From sequence record MW384823.1: a DNA stretch of 64,000 nucleotides; one strand, 5' to 3'. The translations under genes and the position numbers were made by a program. This document shows, one piece after another, positions 55,299 through 64,000 of this stretch (its first letter is position 1; every line of letters begins with the position of its first letter). The notes under the pieces were generated by a model. It ran no database searches. It was given only the letters and a program-made list of their open reading frames with translations, and had not been told where the DNA came from.

Positions 55299-56234
55299 AT
55301 GCCTATTCCAAACATGCTGTCGGTGCTCTTGCCGAGCTTCGAAGCAACGAATCTGAAAAACACGCTGAACGCAAACTGCGATGCCATCAGTGAATCACTG
55401 CTGCCGCAATTTGAAAACCTGCGTGACCTGGTCGGTAGCGAACAGGGGAAACCGTTCCTCTCTAAGCCGGTGCAAACCCTGAGCGAAGAGTTGGTGAAAA
55501 TGTTGCGTAGCTCTGGCCTCGAGGTCAAAGGTCTGCGCGACCCATCTGCACTGGAATACATCATCGCAGCCATGCGCAACACGCTGGAACTGCGTCCGTT
55601 TATTGAACAGTGCATTAACCGTGACATCGGTAAGCAGGTTGTAACCGCTTCACTGACGTTCAACAAATCCACGCTCCTTCAATTGCTGGACCTCATTAAC
55701 TTCTTTGTTCTTTACAGCGGTACGCTCGTAAACTACATCACTGCCGAAGAACTCGGCGCGGTGGAGAACTCGAACATTGCAGTCAAAGGTATTGGTCCAA
55801 ACGATTTGCAGTACCTCCATGTTCGAATGGTGACGTACGGCATCGCTTGTCGTGTTCTGGCTACGCCTCAGTCGAAGCTCAAAGCAGACTATGCGGAAAT
55901 CCCGGAAGCGGTATTTGATGAAGACACCTACAATGATCTGGTTAAGTCTTTCGGTTCGAAAGCCACCGATCCGCTGGGTCTCTCCGCAGTACCATTCCCG
56001 CTCACCATCATTTATCGGATTAATCTGTCGTGGAACGAATGGCAGATGGACAACTACGATGAAGTGTGTGAAGCGGCGAAAGCAGCCGAGTACCGTATCT
56101 TACTGTTCAAGAAACAGCAAGCGGAAGGTAAAGGCGACGCGGCGTTGGAAATCCTTATCGAGAAACACGAGAAGCGTCTGGATTCCCTGAAACGCAAACG
56201 CGAACGTCTGGCAAAAAAGAACGGTCTCGAATAA
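55299..56234 (+). CDS. virion head protein (phiKZ gp90-like)
   Basis: 311 aa, C-terminal coiled coil; synteny. Confidence 0.65.
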   Translation: MPIPNMLSVLLPSFEATNLKNTLNANCDAISESLLPQFENLRDLVGSEQGKPFLSKPVQTLSEELVKMLRSSGLEVKGLRDPSALEYIIAAMRNTLELRPFIEQCINRDIGKQVVTASLTFNKSTLLQLLDLINFFVLYSGTLVNYITAEELGAVENSNIAVKGIGPNDLQYLHVRMVTYGIACRVLATPQSKLKADYAEIPEAVFDEDTYNDLVKSFGSKATDPLGLSAVPFPLTIIYRINLSWNEWQMDNYDEVCEAAKAAEYRILLFKKQQAEGKGDAALEILIEKHEKRLDSLKRKRERLAKKNGLE

Positions 56235-56249
56235 CAACAGGAGAGACTG

Positions 56250-56810
56250 ATGAACCAGATTAACAACCCCGACTTTAACGTGGCCGAGCGCCTCGTTAAA
56301 CGTTACATGGCCAAACTGACTGAGAACCCGACAGAAGTCCATGATGATGACCTCATTCATGAGACGCTGACCGCGGCAGCCGTTATCCTGCCTTACTTCC
56401 GGCTCTTAGCCGCGGAGTCTGTGCAACAGGTATTATATGACGAATTTCCTCAAATCGGTTTTACGTTTAATACGTTTTACAATGAAACAGTTGCGTTCAT
56501 TGTTGACGGAAAGAAACGTCCAACCAATGTCGGTACCTGGTCTGTGCTGATGTCGACGTACATGAATGATGTACACGGCACCAAATACGTTCAGGAAAAA
56601 GGCAGCTTGGGCTCGCGTATGATGTCTGCCGCTTTCGGTCAGGCTGGTAAAGTTCGTAACATGGGCACGCAGCACCAATCCATGCAACCGGATACTCGCC
56701 TCTTATCTTATGCAGACCACGAACTGCTTGCGCGGTGGATGACACGTACTAACGGATTGTCCGATATGATTATGTCGCTGGCAGTATTCTTGAAAATCGC
56801 ACGTCCCTAA
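56250..56810 (+). CDS. putative virion protein
   Basis: 186 aa, CAGGAG RBS. Confidence 0.7.
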   Translation: MNQINNPDFNVAERLVKRYMAKLTENPTEVHDDDLIHETLTAAAVILPYFRLLAAESVQQVLYDEFPQIGFTFNTFYNETVAFIVDGKKRPTNVGTWSVLMSTYMNDVHGTKYVQEKGSLGSRMMSAAFGQAGKVRNMGTQHQSMQPDTRLLSYADHELLARWMTRTNGLSDMIMSLAVFLKIARP

Positions 56811-56866
56811 GGGGGCCCCTTTCTAGGGGCGTGTAATTCGGTTATAACCAAACAGGAACAAAAGAA

Positions 56867-58195
56867 ATGGCAAATTTTGCACAACGCAGAGCTGCTCGTG
56901 AAAGCATCGAAAACACCGAACCGGGTGAAATCGACGGCCTGTCTAACGTAGAGCCGGGTGTAGAAAACCTGGATACCCAACTGGCTGAAATGGCATCGGA
57001 AGATGCACAGCTGGAAGGTCTGGCTGGCGATCAGGAAACCCTGGGCGCGGACACCGCACGTACTGAAGACGCTATCGACGACGCGCAAGACGCTATCGAT
57101 AACGGCGAAGAACAATCCGAAGAATCGATTGCCCACACCGAAGTGGCGCAAGAGTCGATTCGTCGTCGTTGGGGTATCGACCGCACCAAGCTGGCGCGCG
57201 AAAGCTTCCGCCGTGGCCGTGGCATGACTGCCGCTGCGCAGGAAGGCTGGAAAGAAACCCTGAAAGATCTGTGGAAACGTTTCCTTGAGCTGATCAAGTC
57301 AATCGTTAACAAGATCAAAGAGCTGAAACTCAAGTACATCAACGTGGGTAAAACCGCGCAGAGCCGTGCTAAGAAGTATCAGGCCGCAATCAAAAACCTG
57401 GGCAGCAAAAAGACCAAAGATGAAATCGGCGGTAGCTGGATCAGCAAACTGTCCATCGAAGGCGCTTTCAACGTTGACGGTTCTATCGGCATCGCGAAAG
57501 AAGTGACCCAGGGCAAAGCCAAAGGCGCGATCGCTGCAATGACCAAACAGGCCGATGCAGCTGCAACCTACGTCGTGAAAGCGGCTGACGGTGAAGTGTC
57601 TGCTTCTAAAGCTTCTGGCGGTTCTTCTGCTTCTGGTCCGGGCGTAATGCTGGCGTCTGACGCGCCGACTTACGACAAAGTCGAGCTGTTCGGTACCGCA
57701 GCGACCAAACTTCAGAATCTGGAAGAGTTCGCCGACGGCGAATACCAGAAACTGCAAGCGCTGCCGGGTAACGCCTACATTCAGGTCGGTAACAAGAAAC
57801 TGGCTGGCGGCGTAGACTTCGCTGCTATCGGCTTCATGACCACCGGCGACGCGACCGAAGACAAACAGGTTGCAACTCCTGAGCTGGGTAAACTGACTGC
57901 TGCTGCGCAGGGTCTGGATGCGATCGGTAAAGGCTTCGAGAAAGTCCTGCAAGACTTCCGTACCTTCGATAGCGAAGTTGAGAAACTGCAACGCGCCGCT
58001 GAGAAAGCCTCTGGTGCTGTAGATAAAGCTGACGACGCGAACCGCGAAGCGCTGCAATCTGCACGTACTGCTGCTGACCAGTCTGTGAAGAACTATCAGG
58101 TTCTGAACCGCGCTGTGGCTTACGTTGCTAACACCGTTATCGCTGGCCTGAACGGCTACATCGGTGCTGGTATCGGTGCGTACGGTAAGAAGTAA
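56867..58195 (+). CDS. abundant head (inner-body/ejection) protein, phiKZ gp93 / SPN3US gp53-54 family
   Basis: Acidic propeptide with ARE-S, AQE-S, AQE-G protease sites; high-expression codons. Confidence 0.78.
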   Translation: MANFAQRRAARESIENTEPGEIDGLSNVEPGVENLDTQLAEMASEDAQLEGLAGDQETLGADTARTEDAIDDAQDAIDNGEEQSEESIAHTEVAQESIRRRWGIDRTKLARESFRRGRGMTAAAQEGWKETLKDLWKRFLELIKSIVNKIKELKLKYINVGKTAQSRAKKYQAAIKNLGSKKTKDEIGGSWISKLSIEGAFNVDGSIGIAKEVTQGKAKGAIAAMTKQADAAATYVVKAADGEVSASKASGGSSASGPGVMLASDAPTYDKVELFGTAATKLQNLEEFADGEYQKLQALPGNAYIQVGNKKLAGGVDFAAIGFMTTGDATEDKQVATPELGKLTAAAQGLDAIGKGFEKVLQDFRTFDSEVEKLQRAAEKASGAVDKADDANREALQSARTAADQSVKNYQVLNRAVAYVANTVIAGLNGYIGAGIGAYGKK

Positions 58196-58271
58196 TCCTT
58201 CTTAACCCGTAAACGACCCGACGTTAATCATTGAGGTGGGGCACGCTGCCCCACCTAGAGGAAAAGTGAAA

Positions 58272-59552
58272 ATGGCAAACTTTGCACAAAAACGCGCTGC
58301 TCGCGAATCCATTGAAGGCACCGGTACTGTTGTTCCGGATGGCCTGGAGCTGCCAGCAGAATCGGTTGAAGGTATTCTCGCCGAACTGGCTGAGAAAGAG
58401 CGTGATATCGACCAGACTGACTCTGAGCACGACGTGCTGGTTGAAGACGGTAACGAAACTGATGCGCAGCTGGACGCGGTAGACGCGGCTGACGACGCAG
58501 CAGCTGATCCGTCTGACGACAAAATGGAAGCGGAAGAAGACATGCCTGACGAAGCAGCGGAAGCGCTGGACGTTGCGCAGGAATCTATCCGTCGCCGTTG
58601 GGGCTTCGACCATCGTACCAGCGTAGCTCGCGAAAGCTACGGCAGCCGTAACCGCCGCAGCGTGGCGCGTGAAAGCCTGTGGGAAGACATCAAAGCCTTC
58701 CTGAAGCGTGCGTGGGAATGGCTGAAAGAGCAGGGTCGTAAGATCAAAGACCGCTGGCTGAAATTCAGCAACCAGGGTAAATCTGTTCAGGGTCGTTCTA
58801 AGAAGTTCGCTGAACAGATCAAGAAACTCGGCAAGCAGAAGTCTGGTAAAGACAAACTGTCTGGTGGCTTCATCAAAGATCTGACCATTGCTGGTAAGTT
58901 CGAAGGTACCAGCACTGCGGAACTGGATCAGGTATTCACCAAAAAAGGTGACTTCGCCAAAGTTCAGGATGAAGTGCTGGCCGAAATGACCCACGCGGTT
59001 GATGAAGTGGTTAACGTGTCTGAAGCTGACTTCACCAAAACTGGTAAGAAAGCAAAAGAGCTGGCTGACATCATCTCTGGTGATCTGAAAGGCGAACATC
59101 CGATGCTGGGCAACCAGGTGTTCAAAGTTGAAACTGAAGCCACTGTAGACGGCGACAGCTTCGAAGTGAGCACCACGGTTGTTGAAGCAGATCACAGCGT
59201 AGAGAGCGATATCGCTACTCCGTCTATTGCTCAGCTGACCGCAGTGAACACCTTCTTCAACAAAGTCGGTGTGGAGATCGAGAAGAAGGTTAAAGCGTAT
59301 CACGCGACTAACCAGAAACGCGATCGCTACGAAGCGGCCATCGAGAAACTGCTGAAGAAAGTCGACGGCGTGAAAATCGATGAGCAGGGCGGCGAGTTCT
59401 CCAAGTCAATCCGTCTGATCCGTAAAATGATCAGCGCGACTAACCAGTTCCTGGGTGCTGCTGAGCGTGCAGACGCTTCTAACACCAAGAACCTGGTCTC
59501 TGGTCTGAACGGCCTGCTGGTCGCCGGTATCGCTGCTTACGAGAAAAAGTAA
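58272..59552 (+). CDS. paralogous abundant head protein
   Basis: Same MANFAQxRAARESIE start, AQESIRRRWG and E(G/S)(L)WxxxxxxLxxxW motifs as upstream gene. Confidence 0.8.
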   Translation: MANFAQKRAARESIEGTGTVVPDGLELPAESVEGILAELAEKERDIDQTDSEHDVLVEDGNETDAQLDAVDAADDAAADPSDDKMEAEEDMPDEAAEALDVAQESIRRRWGFDHRTSVARESYGSRNRRSVARESLWEDIKAFLKRAWEWLKEQGRKIKDRWLKFSNQGKSVQGRSKKFAEQIKKLGKQKSGKDKLSGGFIKDLTIAGKFEGTSTAELDQVFTKKGDFAKVQDEVLAEMTHAVDEVVNVSEADFTKTGKKAKELADIISGDLKGEHPMLGNQVFKVETEATVDGDSFEVSTTVVEADHSVESDIATPSIAQLTAVNTFFNKVGVEIEKKVKAYHATNQKRDRYEAAIEKLLKKVDGVKIDEQGGEFSKSIRLIRKMISATNQFLGAAERADASNTKNLVSGLNGLLVAGIAAYEKK

Positions 59553-59573
59553 GTTAGTGTGCTGACGCGGAAT

Positions 59574-59610
59574 ACCCTACTCCTTCGGGAGTAGGGTTTT
59601 TCTTTTTTTA
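59574..59610 (+). terminator. intrinsic terminator
   Basis: ACCCTACTCC-TTCG-GGAGTAGGGT plus T-run. Confidence 0.85.
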
Positions 59611-59630
59611 TTTTAAAAAGTTTTCAGATA

Positions 59631-59646
59631 GATATTATCCTAGTGA
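59631..59646 (+). promoter_or_regulatory. early-type promoter
   Basis: GATATTATC-CTA-GTGA. Confidence 0.7.
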
Positions 59647-59679
59647 GTATTCATCCTATTCACCTTTAAGGAGTATCTA

Positions 59680-60312
59680 ATGCAAAAGACAAACCGCCTT
59701 ACTCTCACCGTCAATATCGGTGCTTACCAGAATCCTAAAGTGCGCTATAACCGCCGCGAAGACAAAGTCTCCGTAACATCCGGCAAAGCAGAATTCGTGT
59801 GCAGCTATCTCGAATTCTACGCGCTGCTGATGTGGGCACGTCTGTGCTACCACGAAGAAGAACAGATGGCATTTGTCGCCGGTAACACGCGTTACGAATT
59901 AGACCCGCCCTACGGTACCACGCGTCGGGAACGTATAAAAGGGCTGCTGGATGCCGCCAAAGGTTTCCTGCCGATGCCAACGGACGAACCTGCAACGTAT
60001 ACGTGGGATGACGAAATCATCTACGGTAGCGATTTAGAGCACATCTATCTGCGTAAGTCAGTCGACTCATGGCGTCCGGTGTTCGCGCTGCGTGTCACCC
60101 TGCCGAAAACCCTGAAACGTGACGATGGCCTGGCCCTGTATCACCACGCGAAAGAGACCATCAACGAGGGGCGCGCGTTGCCCGCCGGTACGGAAGACAT
60201 CAGCATCATCTACCCGAAAGCAGATGCGAAGTCGCCAACCTACCGCGGCATCAACAACCGTCAAATCTTCGACGAGTTTACTGGCGTACCGGTGCCAAAC
60301 GCGCCGGTCTAA
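59680..60312 (+). CDS. hypothetical protein (putative early gene)
   Basis: 210 aa, AAGGAG RBS, own promoter and terminator (60319-60350). Confidence 0.85.
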   Translation: MQKTNRLTLTVNIGAYQNPKVRYNRREDKVSVTSGKAEFVCSYLEFYALLMWARLCYHEEEQMAFVAGNTRYELDPPYGTTRRERIKGLLDAAKGFLPMPTDEPATYTWDDEIIYGSDLEHIYLRKSVDSWRPVFALRVTLPKTLKRDDGLALYHHAKETINEGRALPAGTEDISIIYPKADAKSPTYRGINNRQIFDEFTGVPVPNAPV

Positions 60313-60475
60313 AAGGTTGCCCCACCTTCGGGTGGGGTGCTCTTTCTTTTTTACAAATCCCCTTTTGGTTATGCGAGGGGGTAGGCCCTTTTATGTCTTT
60401 GGCCGATCGATCGGCGCTTGTCGTTCAGACAAGCTGCCTTATTGCTGTTGACCTTTATCGTTTATCGAGGATTAC

Positions 60476-60841
60476 ATGATCGAAACAACCAGCTTTTCCC
60501 TCAAGATGGAAACCATTGTCCATCCGGTGATGGTATTTAAATCGCCTACCCGCCCCCAGATTAAGCTGTTCGTTGTGCTGGAAGATTTAGAAGCCGCATT
60601 ACTCGAATTGGGAAACCGTGATTTCCGTGGCCCCATCACCATTCGACTGTCCACGCCGTTCTACGGCAAAGAGACGTACGCCAACAGTCGCATGGACGGC
60701 ATTGTGTTTGATGTGGAAGGCCGTACCGTATCCACAGCCGTCATCACGGACAGCGTTGAACTATTCACATTCGCCCGCAGAACGTTCACCACGTACCTGC
60801 GCGAACTTATCAAAGAAATCAATAAGGATAAACAATCATGA
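60476..60841 (+). CDS. hypothetical protein
   Basis: 121 aa, GAGGA RBS. Confidence 0.75.
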   Translation: MIETTSFSLKMETIVHPVMVFKSPTRPQIKLFVVLEDLEAALLELGNRDFRGPITIRLSTPFYGKETYANSRMDGIVFDVEGRTVSTAVITDSVELFTFARRTFTTYLRELIKEINKDKQS

Positions 60842-61380
60842 AGTTGAGTATCATTGCTGCGACTGACCGTAAGAACGCCATTGGTAAAGAGAACACGCTC
60901 CCGTGGCGTTTACCGGCCGACCTCAAGAACTTCAAAGCCTTGACTGACGGCAAGCTCATCATCATGGGGCGTAAGACGTGGGAGTCACTCGGTTCCAAGT
61001 CCCTGCCAAATCGCCAGTCAATTGTTATTACCCGTGACCATACGCGCGTAACGGAAAACAGTCCCAATAACGAACGCGGTGTAATCGTCGCCCCGAACCT
61101 TGCGGATGCAATCGGCTGTGCAGAAGCGCTGGTTAGGCAAGGGACGTACCCGGATGAAGTCTTCATAATCGGCGGGTCTGAGGTCTACCACCAGACCATC
61201 AAGAAAGCTGACCGCATTTACGTCAGCCGTGTAGACACGGTGGTGGAAGGCGCAGATGCGTTCTTCCCGGATATCGACCGTGATTATTATCAGCAGTCTA
61301 TGTCGGTTCGCCATCTGAAAGACGATGCGGGGAACACGTACGACTGGCATTACCAAATCTGGGATAAGATAGGGGGTTAA
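60838..61380 (+). CDS. folA: dihydrofolate reductase
   Basis: IIAA...AIG...LPW.LPADL..FK..T.GK.IIMGRKTWES, LPNR, FIIGGSEVY, GADAFFP. Confidence 0.96.
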   Translation: MKLSIIAATDRKNAIGKENTLPWRLPADLKNFKALTDGKLIIMGRKTWESLGSKSLPNRQSIVITRDHTRVTENSPNNERGVIVAPNLADAIGCAEALVRQGTYPDEVFIIGGSEVYHQTIKKADRIYVSRVDTVVEGADAFFPDIDRDYYQQSMSVRHLKDDAGNTYDWHYQIWDKIGG

Positions 61381-61381
61381 G

Positions 61382-61711
61382 ATGGGTGGTTATGCTCTGA
61401 CAGAAATGAACGAGTATGAAATGAATGAATCGCTGGAGCGATACTTTCGTGAGATTACGGGGAAAGAAGAAGTGCCGGTTCTGGTGCTGCTGACGCGGGA
61501 GAACGGTGACCCGCGCAATACGGCGTTGCGCGGTATCGCACTGTATGATGGGGCGAAGCATAACTTCCTCCGTCTGACGCCACAACAGGCGAGTCAAGCA
61601 ATGGTGAAGGCTGACCTCACGAAAGGCCAATCGGTGATTCGTGAGTCCCACTACATGACAGTGGTTCGCAGTAAGACGCTGCGGAGTGGAACAGTTTACG
61701 AACCGTTCTAA
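61382..61711 (+). CDS. hypothetical protein
   Basis: 109 aa, followed by terminator. Confidence 0.7.
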   Translation: MGGYALTEMNEYEMNESLERYFREITGKEEVPVLVLLTRENGDPRNTALRGIALYDGAKHNFLRLTPQQASQAMVKADLTKGQSVIRESHYMTVVRSKTLRSGTVYEPF

Positions 61712-61811
61712 AAAGTGGGGAGCTTTGGCTCCCTGTTTTTTTTGCGTTTGCGTTCAGTGATATGTATAAGCACAAGCAATGGCCACCATGTGGACGGCCT
61801 GAGGGGATGAA

Positions 61812-63338
61812 ATGCAACAGTATTTCGAAGTGCCGTCACTTGATGTGACCATCCGCAAGGCGGTTATTGACGGCATCGTCTATCGATTATTAAACGAATC
61901 GGGGATGGACAAATCCGACGCAGTCTTTATCGACTCGTTCAACACCGCCCATCAACCCGGCTCAACGCTCGGCGATGCCACCGATGTGGAATACGCCTCG
62001 ACAGAGCGTGTCTATGTTGAAGTGGATGAAGAACGTGATGAGATGGCCCGCATCAATCGGGGTGTCGGGCTCAACATTGAATTGCCGTTCTTCCACGATG
62101 AAACCAACAACATCAAAGCGTGGCCGATTCGTACCAAATACAAAGTCACCATCACCTTCCGCCGTAATGCCCAGTCTGAGGACGAGTTGTTACGCTGGAC
62201 AAACCGCCTGAACAGTTTACTGGACATGGGCCGCTATTCGTTAGTGACAGAGTCCGAAGCGTATTTCGTGATTCCTAAACCCCTGTTCAATCTGCTGAAC
62301 GCGTGTTGGGTTGCATCTGAAACGCGTGTGCCTGTGTACCCCACGTTCAAAGAGTACCTGGCCGCGAACTTTGAAGATGCGGTGGGTGTCGTAGCCAACG
62401 ACAGCGGGGGTCAGCAAACGCTGATGGTGCGTTATTCCCCAACCCGTGTGGAAATGGTTTACGACGTGAACCCGCCTGCATGGAATAAGGAAGAGAACCA
62501 TTACGAAGCGACGATGACCGCCAACTTCGAATACGACCGCCCCGAGGAAGTCGGGTGTGTCTATCCGTACATCATCAACCAGACACCGTTGCCCGATGCG
62601 TACTTCCCGCTGATTGACCCTCCGTGGATGGAAAACGAAGACGGGGTTGAGCGTAGCGAGGTACAGTCGTCGTTCGACGGGACGTGGTGGCAGAATGAGC
62701 GTCGTCAGTTGATTCGCCTGCCGTACCTGCTGTGTCCCCCGGAGCAGCTCCACCGTATCCATTCCCCGCTTGAGGCAAAACTCCTGCGGATGTTTGGGAC
62801 CGATGTGTGCTTCGGTGAGGAGAACATGTCAAATCCGGTGGTGATGTCAACGTCTGACTTGCCGTATGAGTGGAACCCGGTGCTGTTGCCGTACATCGAA
62901 CACTGTCGCGCAATTGACCCGACGGGGATGACCGGGGTGTTCCGTACGGAACTGTTTGAGAACGGATTGCGTATTGAGCCGCGGTTGTACCACTGGCAGG
63001 ATGACGAGTTTTCCTTAACCCGTGAGATGGATGTGCACAAAGCTTACTTCCTGACCGAGTCGGTGATTTACGACTGGCGGGGGTTAGACCTGTGGCCGCT
63101 CCAGAAATACCCGAAAGCGGCAGAGCTGCTCATCAAGTGGTTGTTCCCAAATCTCGACTTCCCGGATTGGTGGTGGGAGTTACCGACACTCCCGCCGAGT
63201 GCGTGGGAGGAGATAGAAGACAAAACCACCCAAGACGAGACCGGTGCGGGTACCAACCGCAAGCATTTGCTGCTGACCGTCTTTAACACCACCATCATTG
63301 CAATACGAGGTACTTCGAATGCTGCAAGCGAAGGGTAA
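61812..63338 (+). CDS. putative virion structural protein
   Basis: 508 aa, GAGGGG RBS; position in virion block. Confidence 0.65.
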   Translation: MQQYFEVPSLDVTIRKAVIDGIVYRLLNESGMDKSDAVFIDSFNTAHQPGSTLGDATDVEYASTERVYVEVDEERDEMARINRGVGLNIELPFFHDETNNIKAWPIRTKYKVTITFRRNAQSEDELLRWTNRLNSLLDMGRYSLVTESEAYFVIPKPLFNLLNACWVASETRVPVYPTFKEYLAANFEDAVGVVANDSGGQQTLMVRYSPTRVEMVYDVNPPAWNKEENHYEATMTANFEYDRPEEVGCVYPYIINQTPLPDAYFPLIDPPWMENEDGVERSEVQSSFDGTWWQNERRQLIRLPYLLCPPEQLHRIHSPLEAKLLRMFGTDVCFGEENMSNPVVMSTSDLPYEWNPVLLPYIEHCRAIDPTGMTGVFRTELFENGLRIEPRLYHWQDDEFSLTREMDVHKAYFLTESVIYDWRGLDLWPLQKYPKAAELLIKWLFPNLDFPDWWWELPTLPPSAWEEIEDKTTQDETGAGTNRKHLLLTVFNTTIIAIRGTSNAASEG

Positions 63339-64000
63339 GGGTAAAACCACATTCGAGCCGGTTAAGACGGAACCCGAATACCTGAATCAGGCTCAAGACG
63401 GCGTCAAGGAAAAAACCAACATCGTCACAGAGCCTACCAGAACGACTGTAGTCGATTTAGAGCGTACGCCTGCCGTTAACTTGCTTCCGGTCGTTGAAGG
63501 CTCCTCATGGCCGTTGCTGGCGTATTATCGCCGGTTAATGGGCAAGAACGACCCGAAGATGTTGTTCGACCCGAAACAGGACTCACCGGTACAGCAATAC
63601 GACTGCATCCACTATCTGGAACTGCGGGTGAATAGCCCGCTGTCGCGCGACCAAGATGGGGGGAACAAAACCTTCACCATGTCGGGCAGCGCCACGATGG
63701 CTACGTCGGTTGTCCCGAACGAAAACGATATCTTCACGGCCTCCCTCGGGGATAACCGCATCGGTATCTTTAACGTTACCAGCACCACCCGTAATTCGAA
63801 CAATAAAATCGCCACCTATTCCATCGAGTACACGTTGCTCTTTGAAATGACACCTGCCCACAAAGCCATTCTGGACAAGTGCACGGCGCATGAGTTCTAT
63901 TACGTAAAGGAACGGGCCTACACGGGCGGAGACACGCTGCTCACCCCGAACGAGTACAATGCGTTCTTAGCACTCGGTGAGCACGTCAAAGGGATTGAGG
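63319..64000 (+). CDS. putative virion structural protein, 5' part (runs off window)
   Basis: ATG 63319 after GAGG; MLQAKGKGKTT...VEGSSWPLLAYYRR...QQYDCIHYLELRVNSP; read for over 100 codons with no stop; absent from the ORF track, consistent with no stop in the window. Confidence 0.75.
   Translation, partial: MLQAKGKGKTTFEPVKTEPEYLNQAQDGVKEKTNIVTEPTRTTVVDLERTPAVNLLPVVEGSSWPLLAYYRRLMGKNDPKMLFDPKQDSPVQQYDCIHYLELRVNSPLSRDQDGGNKTFTMSGSATMATSVVPNENDIFTASLGDNRIGIFNVTSTTRNSNNKIATYSIEYTLLFEMTPAHKAILDKCTAHEFYYVKERAYTGGDTLLTPNEYNAFLALGEHVKGIE

Noticed and set aside
58224-59303. 359-aa antisense ORF opposite head protein (likewise 41709..42599, 36417..37067, 105..788)
   Set aside because: Fully overlaps a better-supported sense gene; no RBS or motif
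14090-61790. Late TATG-type nvRNAP promoters
   Set aside because: The 4-nt motif is too common to call without TSS data
1-64000. Transposase, integrase, homing endonuclease or intron
   Set aside because: No DDE, Tyr/Ser recombinase, HNH, GIY-YIG or LAGLIDADG motifs recognised; core genes uninterrupted

Overview
This window is part of a nucleus-forming jumbo phage genome (phiKZ-related, Chimalliviridae), probably infecting Enterobacterales. The family call rests on protein motifs and on gene order as I recall it for phiKZ; no database search was run, so gp numbers are inferences. 1-6.8 kb is accessory. It holds an HslV-like Ntn protease, a TerB-like/small membrane/TAXI-like trio, a small ParB-fold protein, nine canonical tRNAs, several aberrant tRNAs and many structured non-coding RNAs. 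7-17.5 kb holds small hypothetical genes and the polymerase half of a split B-family DNA polymerase. 17.6-46 kb is the conserved core: chimallin, nvRNAP subunits, SbcD-like nuclease, ChmC, sigma-like subunit, PicA, SF2 helicase, a virion RNAP subunit and the DNA polymerase exonuclease half. 46-64 kb holds virion head, baseplate and ejection proteins plus DHFR. Two observations stand out. (1) The tRNA operon is interleaved with non-tRNA RNAs closed by 10-14 bp terminal stems or tRNA-like top halves that end in (N)CCA or (N)CC and share the tRNA spacers, consistent with a co-processed tRNA-mimic/decoy array. (2) A candidate programmed -1 frameshift (T TTT TTC plus a hairpin) would fuse ORF 39101-41155 to an RBS-less downstream ORF.
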